This document shows, piece after piece, positions 25,375 through 35,990 of a DNA stretch of 64,000 nucleotides (position 1 is the stretch's first letter; each line of letters starts with the position of its first letter). The notes beneath the pieces were generated by a model. That model was not told the origin of the DNA. It was given only the letters and a program-made list of their open reading frames with translations, and made no database searches. Origin of the DNA: Scenedesmus sp. PABB004. Lineage: Eukaryota. The position numbers and the translations under genes were made by a program. The stretch lies in contig JABVCE010000016.1 of NCBI GenBank assembly GCA_014905635.1, positions 372,001 to 436,000 on the forward strand, read 5' to 3'.

Positions 25375-26307
25375 CGGCCGGCGTTGACGTGGCACGCCAC
25401 GCGTGCGGTCGCCGGGAGAATGCGTCCGCGGCGGGCCGGGGCCAGGGGCCGGCAGATGGTTTAGGATGGGCTCTGCGGGCGTCTAACTGCTCACGCCGAC
25501 TGGCTTGTGCGTCGGCCAGGCCGGCGCTGGGCCGCGTGCGAAACTACCGGGCAGTTGCACGATTGGTGTGCCGCTGCCGGGCTGCGTGTGCGGGGGTGCT
25601 TGCTCCGGATGTCGTTCAGATGTTGATCGCGAGGGGTGGTCGGTCGCGCTCGGCGCGCGTGCAGCACTGCAGCGCCCTCCCTTCTGCGTGCGCCCGTCCT
25701 CGGTTTTGCTGCGCCCGCCGCCGCACGGCACGGCGCGCGGCGGCGCGTCAGCGCGGGGCGTCCCGCGTGCCCCGCCCCGCCGATGTCCACACACACATCC
25801 TGCCCCGGGGCGTTCTGATGATCCAACTGTCGATGGAACGCGTCGTCGGGCCATGACGTCGGCACGGCCGGAAATGTCTGTGTCGCCCAGGCTTCACTGG
25901 GCGGGCTTCATTGATTGATTGATCGGGAGAGCGCGCGGCGAACACGCGCGGGTGTAAGCTGCTGGCGGCGAGGGCGCGCGCCGCAAACGTTGGAGCGCCG
26001 CGCCGGGTGGCCGCGGGCGCGTGCGCGGCGCGTGGCAGCGCCCCAGAGCCACCCAGGCCTCGCCCCGCGACGAGCGCCGGCCCGCCCCAGGGCCGCGAGG
26101 CGGCGGCGCTGGCGGCGGCGGCGCAGCTGCACCGCAGCGGCGCGGCAGGCCCTGCAGCGGAGAGCGCGCCTGCCCGCGGCCGCATGCCGGCACTGCTCCC
26201 GCACGATCGGTGCGTCCGCAGCGCTCTGGGCCGGCGGAGGGAGCCGGAGGGAGCCGTGCCGTGATGGGCGCCGCGGGAGCTGCGCGCTCGGGCTGAGCGT
26301 CGCCGTC

Positions 26308-28901
26308 ATGCCCGCCGTGGCGTTGGCGGTGGCGCTGCTGGCGGTGGCGTCCGCGGCGCGCGTCTTCGGCGCGCCCGCCCCGCTGGCGTGCGCGCCGGGG
26401 CCCGGCGGCGCCGTGAGCGGGCCGTCCTGCACGTGGACGGCGCCGCTGGGGGCATCCAGCGGCGCCGTCGCCCTGGAGGGCGCCCTGGGCGCCGGGGTCG
26501 AGAGCGCGACGCCCATCGTCTTTGCGGCACCCGGCCTGGCGCCGGCAGGCGGCGACGAGGCCCGACCAGGTGACCGGGCGGGGCGCCGGGCCTGCCGGGC
26601 CAGCGGGCGCAGCCGGGCGGGCGACGCCGCGATCGCGCGCCGGCCACGCGTGCGCAGCAGCGGCGGCGGCGCCGGCGCGGGCCTGACCCCGCTCGCCCCG
26701 CCGCGCCGGGCGCAGGCATGACGCTCTCCCTGGAGCGGCTGGTGCTGGTGGGCTTTGAGCACGCCCCCGTCGGCCCCGGCAGCGAGGGCCTGCCGGCGCT
26801 CTGGCCGCGCGGCCTGCTGAGCGCCGGCGGCGCCGCGCTGCGGCTCACCGACGTGCGGCTCGTGACGAGCAGCCCGGAGGTGTTCCAGGGCTGGCTGCAG
26901 GCCTTTGCCGGCGACAGCCGCGTCGTGCAGTGGACGGTGAGCGAGCGCGGGGCGGGGCAGCAGCGGGCAGCGCGGTCGCCGCCATCCGCCGCCCGCAGCG
27001 GCAGCGGCGCCGCGCCGCCCCGACCCCTGCGCCGCCGCCGCCGCCGCCGCCGCCGCGCGCAGGACAACGCCACGTTTGTGCACGTCGTCCAGTGGGCGGA
27101 CGAGCGCACGGCGGTCAGCTCGGTCGGGTTCCTGCTGCAGGCGGCCCAGCCGGCACCGGGCGTGCCCGTGCCGCCGCCGCTGGGGCCGCTGGCGCTGCCG
27201 CCGCCGCACGTGCGCGGCGCCGTCGTCGCGGCGACCAACGCGAGCCTCGTGCCGGCGCTGCTCGCGTACGCGCCGCTCGCCACGCCCGCGCCGCTGCTCG
27301 TCTACGTCACGGCCAACGTCAGCCTCGGCGCGCGCCCGCCGCTGCCGCCCGGCGGCGTGCCGGTCAACCGCCCCGTCGTGTTTGTTGGCCTCGCGTCGGC
27401 GGTGACGTCGGTCGACTTCCAGATGGTGGTCAACCAGCTCAACGAGACCGGCAGCCGGCACAGCAACGTCACGTTTGTGGGGCTCACGCTCGAAAACGTC
27501 GCGCCCGGCGACGCCGTCACGAGCGGCATCGCGGCGCCGTTCTCCATCGCCATCGCCAACAACGTCTGGGCGGCCTTCTACAACCGGTGCGGCCCGCCGC
27601 CGGGCAGGGGGGCGGGGCGCAGCGCTGCGCCGCTGCGCCGCGCCGCCGGCGCTGGCGCTGCTGGCGGCCGACCGCGCGTGCGCGCCCGCGCCCGCCCCGC
27701 GCCCCGCGCCCGCGCCCGCGCGCGCAGGACCGCGGCCAACGAAGTGCGCCTGGCGCTGTTCAACGTGACGATGGTGCTGCCGCAGGAGTCCGAGATGGCC
27801 TACGTGACGTGCGTCGCACGCGCGCGCGCGCGCGCCGCGCGCCCTCTTGCCACAGCACGCGCTCGCGCCCCTGCGCCGCCGACGTTGCTCGCCGCCGCCG
27901 ACGCCGTGGGCCCGCGCGCCGACCTCGCTGCCGCCGCCCGCAGGTACATGTTCACGCTCTTCACGTCCTCCCTGCCCTACCTGCGCCAGCAGACGAGCTT
28001 CTACACTGACGTGCTGCACATCTCGGTGCTGCAGTTTGCGCCCGGCCCGGGCAGCAACGCCATCACCGTGAACCGCCTGGTCTCCTGGTACCACTGGTGG
28101 CGCAACGTGGTGCTCACCACAAAGCCCGCCGTCGCGCCGGCGCTGCCGCTGCCGCCGCGGCAGCTCGTGCTGTCGACGACGACGCGCACGTCGCCGCTCG
28201 TGCAGGCGGTGCACAGCGCGGACGACCTGCGGGTGCGGCGCGCGCCCGCGGCCGCGCGCGCGCGCCGGCGCGCGCTCGCGGCCGCGCTCACCGGCGGCGC
28301 CCGCGCGCGTGGTTGCGCGCCGCCGCAGCTGGCGGCCGAGAGCGAGGTGCTGGGCGACCGCGCGCACATCCTGCTGCTGCTGGCCAACATCACCCTCCCG
28401 CTCAGCGCCGACGGCGCGGAGCCGCCCAACGGCAGCGCCATCACGCTGCGCACGCCGATGAGCTGGATCGGCACCTCGCCCGAGCAGGAGGCGAGCAGCG
28501 AGGCGTGGCCGCCCGTGGCGGCGCAGCGCGGCGCCGCGGCGCTGTCGGGGCCGCAGGTGCACCTGGGCCTGGGCTACAGCCCCGGCAGCGTCGTGCTGCC
28601 GCGCGGCGCGGACGACGACGCGCTGCAGCTGCAGCAGCTCGTGCTCGGCCAGCTGCCGCAGGGCCGGGGCGTCGCCGCCGCGCTCCGCCGCGACGGCGAG
28701 CGCATCCCCATGGAGCTGTGGACGGTGCTGCTGTGGGCGTTCAAGCGGTGCGCGGCGCAGGCCCCCGCGGGGCGGGCGGGGCGGGCGGCGCCGGCGCTCG
28801 CTCGCCCGCGGCGGCGCGGGGCGTCGGCGGCGGCGGCGCCGCGCCGCCGGGCCTGCCGGCCTGCGCGCCTGCGCCGCCGCACCGCGCTCACACCCACCCA
28901 C

Positions 28902-28933
<32 letters not shown>

Positions 28934-31900
28934 AGGCCGATGAAGGGCCGGCCGCTGAGCCTGAACGGCGTGGCGCTGCAGCTGCCGGGGCGCGAGCTCG
29001 AGAGCGTGCAGTCCGCGGCGGCGCGGTCACGGGACTTTGTCATTGAGCTCGCGGGTGCGGGGCGGCCCCGCGCCTGCGCGCGGCCCCAGGGGAGGGCCTC
29101 GGGGCGCTCGCTGCTCCGCCGCAGCGGGGCAGGCGGGGGAGCGCGGCGCGCGCCGGCTCGGCCGCCGACGCCCTCCGCGCCGCGCCGACCCCGCCGCCGC
29201 GCGCCGCCCCCGCCGCCGCGCGCCGCCGCCCCGCCGCCGCGCCAGGCGACGGCGTGAGCGCGCTGACGTTCCAGGGCGTGTCGCAGGACGACGGCGCCGT
29301 GCACGTGTCGAGCCTGACGGGGCCCGGCCTCGTGGCGACAAACCTCACGCTGCTGCTCGACCCAGCGGCCGCGTCGGCGATGCCCGGCGGGTACGTGTGG
29401 CCCGACCCCGGCCGCTTGCCCGTGCCCGTGCTGCTGCGCGGCGGGCTGCCGGCGTGGGCGACCGCGCTCATAGTGGTCGGCGCGGTCGCGGCGGCGGCGC
29501 TCGCCGCGCTCGCCGGCGCCGTGTGGCTGCGCCGGCGGCGCGGCCGCGCGCCCGCGCTGCCCTGCGCCGACTGCAGCAAGCTGCTGGATTCGCCGGCGCC
29601 GCACGGCCGCGCCGGCAGCGCCGGCGGCGACAACTCGGGGTCGGGCAGCTGCGCGCGGCACTCCCTGGCCTCCAGCAGGCAGCGCGCCGCGTGCGCGAGC
29701 CCCGGCGGCGGCGGGCCGCTCGGCGGCACGCGCAGCTCGGTGGGCAGCGACGCGAGGCGCTCGAGCGGCGACACGCAGACGCGACGGGACGTGCTTGTGC
29801 CCGTGGCCGTGCCGCCCGGCGGCGGCGGCGGCGCTGCCGCCAAGGACGCTGACGAGGCGGCCGCCGCGGCGTCGAGCGCGTCGCACGGCGTGGACGTGAG
29901 CGCGCTCTGCGACGCGCCGGTGCCGGTGCACGTGGCCGACAGCCTCGCCGACAGCGTGGCGGCGGGCATGCAGCGCTGGCGCGCGGCGGTGAGCAGCACC
30001 ACCATGCTGCTCATGGAGCGGCGCATGGACGCGGCGCACCAGGGGGCGTCGGCCACGGGCGCGGGCTCGTGCGCCGGCAGCGGCAGCTGGCACGGCATGG
30101 CGCGCGGCGCCGGCGGCGGCAGCAGCGGCGGCTGCGGCGAGGGCGAGCCGGGCGGCGGCGACGTGGAGGGCGGCGGCGGCGCGCGCGGCGGCGGCGCGCT
30201 GGGCGCCGCGACCGGCGCCGACGCGCTGGCGGCCGCGGCCGCGGGCGCCGCCGCGGCCGGCGCGGCGGCGGGGCAGCAGCTGCAGCTGCAGGAGCTGCTG
30301 GGGCAGGGCAGCTGCGGCTGCGTCTACCTGGCGACGTGGCGCGGCAAGCGCGTCGCGGTCAAGGTCATGCAGCTGCCCGCCAACGCGCTGCTGGGCCCGC
30401 AGAGCGGCGGCCTGTGCGAGGCCGAGGCGGCGAGCAGCAGCGGCGGCGGCGACGGCGGCGCCGACGCGCTGCAGCGGCGGCGGCGCGCGCGGCAGCTACG
30501 CTGCAGCCCGCCGCACATGGCGATCATGGAGGCGGTGCTGAGCAGCACGATGAGCCACCCCAACGTCGTCCAGGTCTACACCTACATGCTCAACCCGCTC
30601 ACCACCGACGCCGCCGGCGGCAGCGCCAGCGGCGCCGGCGGCGGCCGCGCGCGCGCCGCGCCCGCGGTGTCGAGCGGGCAGGACGTGAGCGGCTGGGAGC
30701 TGCGCCTGGTGATGGAGTACTGCAGCGAGGTGCGGCGCGCGGGGGCGCGTGCACGCACGGCGGCGCCGTGCGAGCGGCGGCGCAGGTCGCGCCGCGCGCG
30801 GGGCGCGCGCCCACGCCGCGCCGCGTCCGGGCCGCCGCCTCTGCCGCCGCCGGCGCGCGCGCAGGGCTCGCTGCGCGACGCGCTCGACTGCGGGCTGCTG
30901 TGCAAGCCAGGGTCGTGCATGGCGCCGAGCGCGGTGCTCACGCTCGCGCACGACGTCGCCGCGGCGATGCTGCACCTGCACAGCGAGGGCATCGTGCACG
31001 GCGACCTCAAGGCCGGCAACGTGATGCTCACCACGAGCAACGACGACAGCGGCAGCTCCCTCGTCGGCGGCGGCGCGCGCGGCTGGGGCGGCGGCTCGGG
31101 CGGGCGGCCACTCACGGCCAAGGTCGCCGACTTTGGCCTGGCGATGCCGCTCGGGCCGGCCGACACGCACGCCACGCTCTGCGCCCGGGTGAGCGCGGCG
31201 GGGAGCCACGGCGCTCGGCCAGCGCGCGCTGCGCGGCGCGTGCTGCGGCGCGGCGCGCCGGCGCGCGCGCTCACGGCCCCCGCCGCCGCCCCCGCCGCGG
31301 CGCCGGCAGGGCACGCCAACGCACATGTCGCCGGAGCTGTTCATGGCGGGGCACGTGAGCAAGGCGAGCGACGTGTACGCGTACGGCGTGCTGCTGTATG
31401 AGATCATGACTGGGCAGCGCGCGTACGCGGGCGTGCCCATCCCGCTGCTGCCGCACGAGGTCGCGCGGCAGGGCCTGCGCCCGACGTGGCCGCCCGGCAT
31501 GCCGTCCGGCTGCCGCGACCTGCGGCGCCTCGCCGAGGCGTGCTGGGCACAGCAGCCGCAGGACCGGCCGTCGTTCGCTGAGATCCTGCGCACGCTCGAC
31601 CTGTGGGCGGCGGGCTGCCACGGCTGGCCCCCTGCGCAGCCGCCGGCGCCGGCGTTCGGCGCAGCGGTCGCCGCGCCCGCAGGGCCCGCGGCGCAGCAGC
31701 AGCAGCAGCAGGCGCGGCCAGCCGCGGCGAAGGCGCTGCAGCTGCAGGTGCCGCTGCCGCCCCGGGAGCCGGAGCTCGTCGACGCGTGCACGCCGGTGCC
31801 GCCCGTGGGCGCAAGCTCGCCGGGGCGGGTGCGCTGCCGTCGCCCGGCGCGCCTCCGGGCCCTGCCGCGCAGGCGTCGGCGGCGGCCGGGCGCAACAGGC

Positions 31901-31941
31901 GCATGGACTGGAGCGAGGTGGGCGGATACAACGGCTCGTGA
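26308..31941 (+). CDS. single-pass receptor-like Ser/Thr kinase (TKL group, non-RD), paralog 2
   Basis: Signal peptide MPAVALAVALLAVASA, ectodomain homologous to paralog 1, TM WATALIVVGAVAAAALAALAGAVWL followed by RRRR, and the same kinase motifs with G-loop GQGSCGCVY. The last exon ending MDWSEVGGYNGS* is inferred from the WSEV motif shared with paralog 1. Confidence 0.88.
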
Positions 31942-32873
31942 GATTCCACCCAGCGGGCCGCCCGCCGGCGCCGCAGCTGCGGGGCCGGCGGTGCGCCGCG
32001 AGGCGAGCGGGGGGCGGGCTCGGGGATTGCGTCAGCCGGGGGCTTTAACAACGAGTGCAGCACGCTGCTGGTGGTCCCAGCGGCGGCGACGGGCGCGCCT
32101 TGGGCAGCGGGCGCCTTGGGCAAGCGCGGCCCAGCCCCCAGAACTGGGCCGCCGCGGCGCGGGGGTTGTCGGGCTCGCCTGACCCACCGCCTTGATCTGA
32201 GTACTCAGTCCCACAGCTTGTCTGACGGTGCTGGGTTTGCGCTCGAGCCTGGCGTGCGGCGCCCACACTGCACCCCCTGTGGCGTGTCGGCGCGCACCCT
32301 CCACTCCACTTCCGGGCGACCCCGCCTGTGGCGCGGGTCGAGAGCGCGCGGCGCGCGCACGCCGGGCCCGTGCGGCCGGGCGTGCTCTGCGCCGCGCCGC
32401 CTCCCACTTGCTTGCTCCACACGCACTTCCCGTTGCCTGCGCAAACACCATTGTGCGCGCCCAATCAATGCTGCTTGAGGGGCGAGCTCCTCGGGGCGAC
32501 GCCTCGGGGCGCTCCTCTCGGCCCGCACACGGCCGAACGCCACTGCTGGTCTCTGCTGGTCTCGCCGCCGCCGTGGGCACCGCGCGCGCTGATCCTAGAA
32601 CTGCGCGCCGATCCGTCCGTGCGTGCCAACGCCAGCGCGTGTGGAGAGGACTGCTCATTCGGCGGGAGGGCGGCGCGAGCGGCGGCCGGCGCGTGCGCGC
32701 CAGGTTTTAACGTGTGCGTCGGGCGTCTTCGCGGCGCCTTCCTGCCACAGCCAACGGGCCCCAAAGCGCGCTGGGCGCTCCCCCGCAGCTAGCAGCCCAG
32801 CGCGGCGCGAGCCGCGCGCCGTGGCTTGTCAGCAGCGGCGCCGCTGCTGACGCCGGCGCCCGGAGCGGCGGCG

Positions 32874-35534
32874 ATGGACGACGCGGCCGCGCAGGCGCTG
32901 GTCCTCCGCTCTGCGCTCGGACTTGACAAGCACAGCCCGCAGGGCTGGGGGCAGCTCGACCGGCTGCTGCGCTTCCTTGGCCACGGCGCGCCGCCGGGCA
33001 ATGACGGCCAGCCCTCCGTGTCCATCGGCGTGATGGGGGCCTCCAAGGCGCGTGCAGGCGGGGCAAGCACGGCCAGCTGGAGCTGCGCGCGCCGCCGCAG
33101 CAGGGGCAGCGCGCCCCGCAGCAGAGCCGTTGCCGATGACCTAAGAAAAGCCCATAAACACAGGTCGCAACCTACGCTCTCATCTTCCCCGCCAAGCTGC
33201 TGCCCAACGTGACCGTCGCCGCGATCGCCGCGCGCGACGCGGACCGCGCCGCGGCCTGGGCAGCGCGCTTCGGGATCCCGCGCAGCTACGGCTCCTGGGA
33301 GGAGCTGGTGGCAGACGAGAGCCTCGCCGCGATCTACGTCGCCACGCCAAACGGCTGGCACGGCGCCTGCACGCGCGCGGCGCTCGACGCGGGTGCGCGC
33401 CGCGGGTGCGCGTGCCGCGCCGCGTGCTGCGTGCCGCGCTGCGTGCTGCGTGCCGCGCCGCGTGCCGCGCCGCGTCGCCGCGCCGCGGAGCCGGCCGGCC
33501 GCGCTGCCCGCCGGCAGGCAAGCACGTTCTGTGCGAAAAGCCGTTTGCGGCCAACGCGGTGGAGGCGCGCGCGGTGCAGCGCGCCGCGTCGGCGCGCGGG
33601 CTGCTCTGCCGCGAGGCGTTCCACTACAGGGAGGCGCCAGCAAACAAGGCCGTGGCGGGGCTGCTACAGGCGCGGTGGCGGAGAGCTGCCGCCCGCCGCG
33701 GCTGCTGCTCCCGCGCGGGGCGGCGGCACGCGCGCTCGTCCGGCGCGGGCGGCGCCCACGCGCCCGCGCCCGCGCCGGCGCGGGCGCGCAGGGCGGCGCG
33801 ATCGGCGAGCTGCGCTCGTTCGACGTCGAGGTCCGCATCCCCAGCTGGGCGTTCGGGCGGGGCGACATCCGCTTCGCTGCGGCGCTCGCGGGCGGCACGA
33901 TGATGGACGCCGGTGCGGCGCCGCCCCGGGCCCGCCGCCGGCCTGTGCGCGGCCTGCACGCTTGCGCGCAGCGAGTGCGGCCCGCGGAGGGGCGCGCTGG
34001 CCGCCGCCGCCCCACGCCGCGCCCGCCGCGCCCGCTGCCCCCTCGCCCGCCGCCGCCGCCAGGCTGCTACTGCGCGCACGTGCGCGGAGGGCTGCCGCCG
34101 CGCGCGCACGCTGGGCGCGGCCACGCGCTGCACTCGCCGCCGCCGCCCGCCGCCGCCAGGCTCTTCGCTTCTTCCCGGGCTGCTCCCGCCCCACCGTGAC
34201 CGCCGCTCAGGCCAGCAAGCTCATGGACGGCGGGCTGGTGAGCGCCTCGGCGCGGCGGCGGCGCAGTGGCGGCGCGCCGCGCCTGGCCGCGGCCGCGCGG
34301 CCGCGCGCGCGCGTCGCCCCCGGGCACGGGCTTGCCGACGCCCGGCGCGCGCCGTGCAGGTGGATGGGGCCATGGCGGCGACGCTGGCCTACCCCAGGCC
34401 CCGCCGCGGCGGCGGCGGCGCGCTCGGCGCGGGCGCGGTGGGGCGGCTCGAGGCGGACCTGCGGCACCCCGGGCTGTGGCCGCGCACGCGCTTCGTCGCG
34501 CGCGGCACCAAGTGCGCGCGCGCGCTCGCGCGCCGCGCGGGCTCGAGCCCGGGCCCGGGGCCCGCCCGCCGGCGCTCTGCGCGCGCGTGCCCTCACGCGC
34601 GCCGCCGCCGCGGCCGCTGCTTGGCGCGTGCTGTGCTGTGCCTTGTGCCGGCCGTCATCCACCTGCAGGGGCCGCCTGGAGATGGACAACTTCATCATGG
34701 TGACCTTCAGAGGGGTTTAGGGCCAGGGCAAGGGCACTAAACCTCATGCGTGTCACGAGTCAGGGTTCACAGCAGTGCTGTGTGAACCCTGACAAGGGCT
34801 CGCAGAGTGCCTGCCCCGCAGGGCCGAGCGGAGCGGGCCCGCCAGGCGGGGCTGCGACGGCCAGCCGCCGCCTGCACCGCCAGCCCCGCGCTCTGCGTGG
34901 GCCACCGCGCTCGCTGCGCCGCTCACCGCCGCCGCCGCCGCCGCCGCCCGGCCCGGCCGCCAGCCGTTTCTGGGCCACACGCTCACGCTCACGCGCGCGC
35001 CGGCCGACCCCGCCGACCCGCGCGACCGCGGCGGCGCCGGCGGTGGCGCGCGCGAGGTCGTGACCAAGCTGGCGGTCTACGGCTCGGGAGAGTCCAACTA
35101 TTACAACCAGTGAGCGCTTGCGGCAGGGCAGGCGCCACGCGGCTGCGGCGCGGTGCGCACCGTGCGGCCGCGAGGCGCCCCGCGCCCGCCGCGCCGCCTC
35201 GCCGCCGCCACCGCCCAGGCTGCAGCGCTTCGTGAGCGACCTCCGCGTGCTGCGCGACCCGGCCTCGCCCAAGGAGTGAGCGCAGCCACGCGTGCCGCGC
35301 CGGCCGCCGCCGCGCGGCCGCGCGGCGCGCGCCCCCGACCGGCCCGCTGACCGCCGCGCGCGCCGTGCGCGGCGCGCGCGCAGGGCGGTCGCGGCCGTGC
35401 GGCGCGCGCAGGCGGCCGACGCGGCGGACGCGGTGGACAACATGGCGCTCATCGATCAGATCTACGCCGCCGCCGGCCTGCCGCGCCGGCGGCCGGCTGA
35501 CCGCGCCGCGCGCGGCGGCGCCGCGCGGGGCTGA
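32874..35534 (+). CDS. Gfo/Idh/MocA family NAD(P)-dependent oxidoreductase (dihydrodiol/xylose dehydrogenase-like)
   Basis: IGVMGASK|VA, VAAIAARD, YGSWEELVAD, IYVATPNGWH, G|KHVLCEKPFAAN, EAFHYR, LAGGTMMDAG|CY. About 11 exons, including a 17-nt micro-exon at 34063-34079. Confidence 0.92.
34700..34800. other. structured low-GC element in an oxidoreductase intron (two hairpins, telomere-like and G4 motif)
   Basis: Perfect 12-bp inverted repeat gtcagggttcac (34759-34770) / gtgaaccctgac (34782-34793). GGGGTTTAGGGCCAGGGCAAGGG at 34712-34734 is partly complementary to ctaaacctc at 34737-34745. Confidence 0.55.
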
Positions 35535-35990
35535 ACGCGTTCGTGTTTGGCTCGAATAACGCGGCCGCCCTGCGTGGCCGCGCGCGCGTGAGTTGATTGG
35601 CGCCGCGGCGGCGAAGGCAGGCGGGCGGGCGGCGGCTCCGTCGCGCGGCGGCTCCGTCGTCGGGCGGGCTGCGGCGCCGGCGCGCGCCGCACACACCCAC
35701 CCATCCACGCCTGCAACGCGCCCCCCTCTCGCCGGCCCCCGCACGCGCCCACATCGCACGCCGCACACAGGAAAAAAAGTGCTGCTCTCGCGCGCCGCAC
35801 GCAGCGCAGCCGGCTGCGCGCCTGACGCGAGGCGCGGTCCGTTCGGGCGTCGCGCGTCGCGCGCCGCAGAAGCTGATGGAGGGCAGCTGACGGCGCGCGG
35901 CAGCAGCTAGGGCGAGAGGGGCGGCATCAGCCGGTCTCGCGCGCCTCGGGCCGGTCGCAGCGCGCAGCCGGTCGCGGTGTGGCGGGAAGA

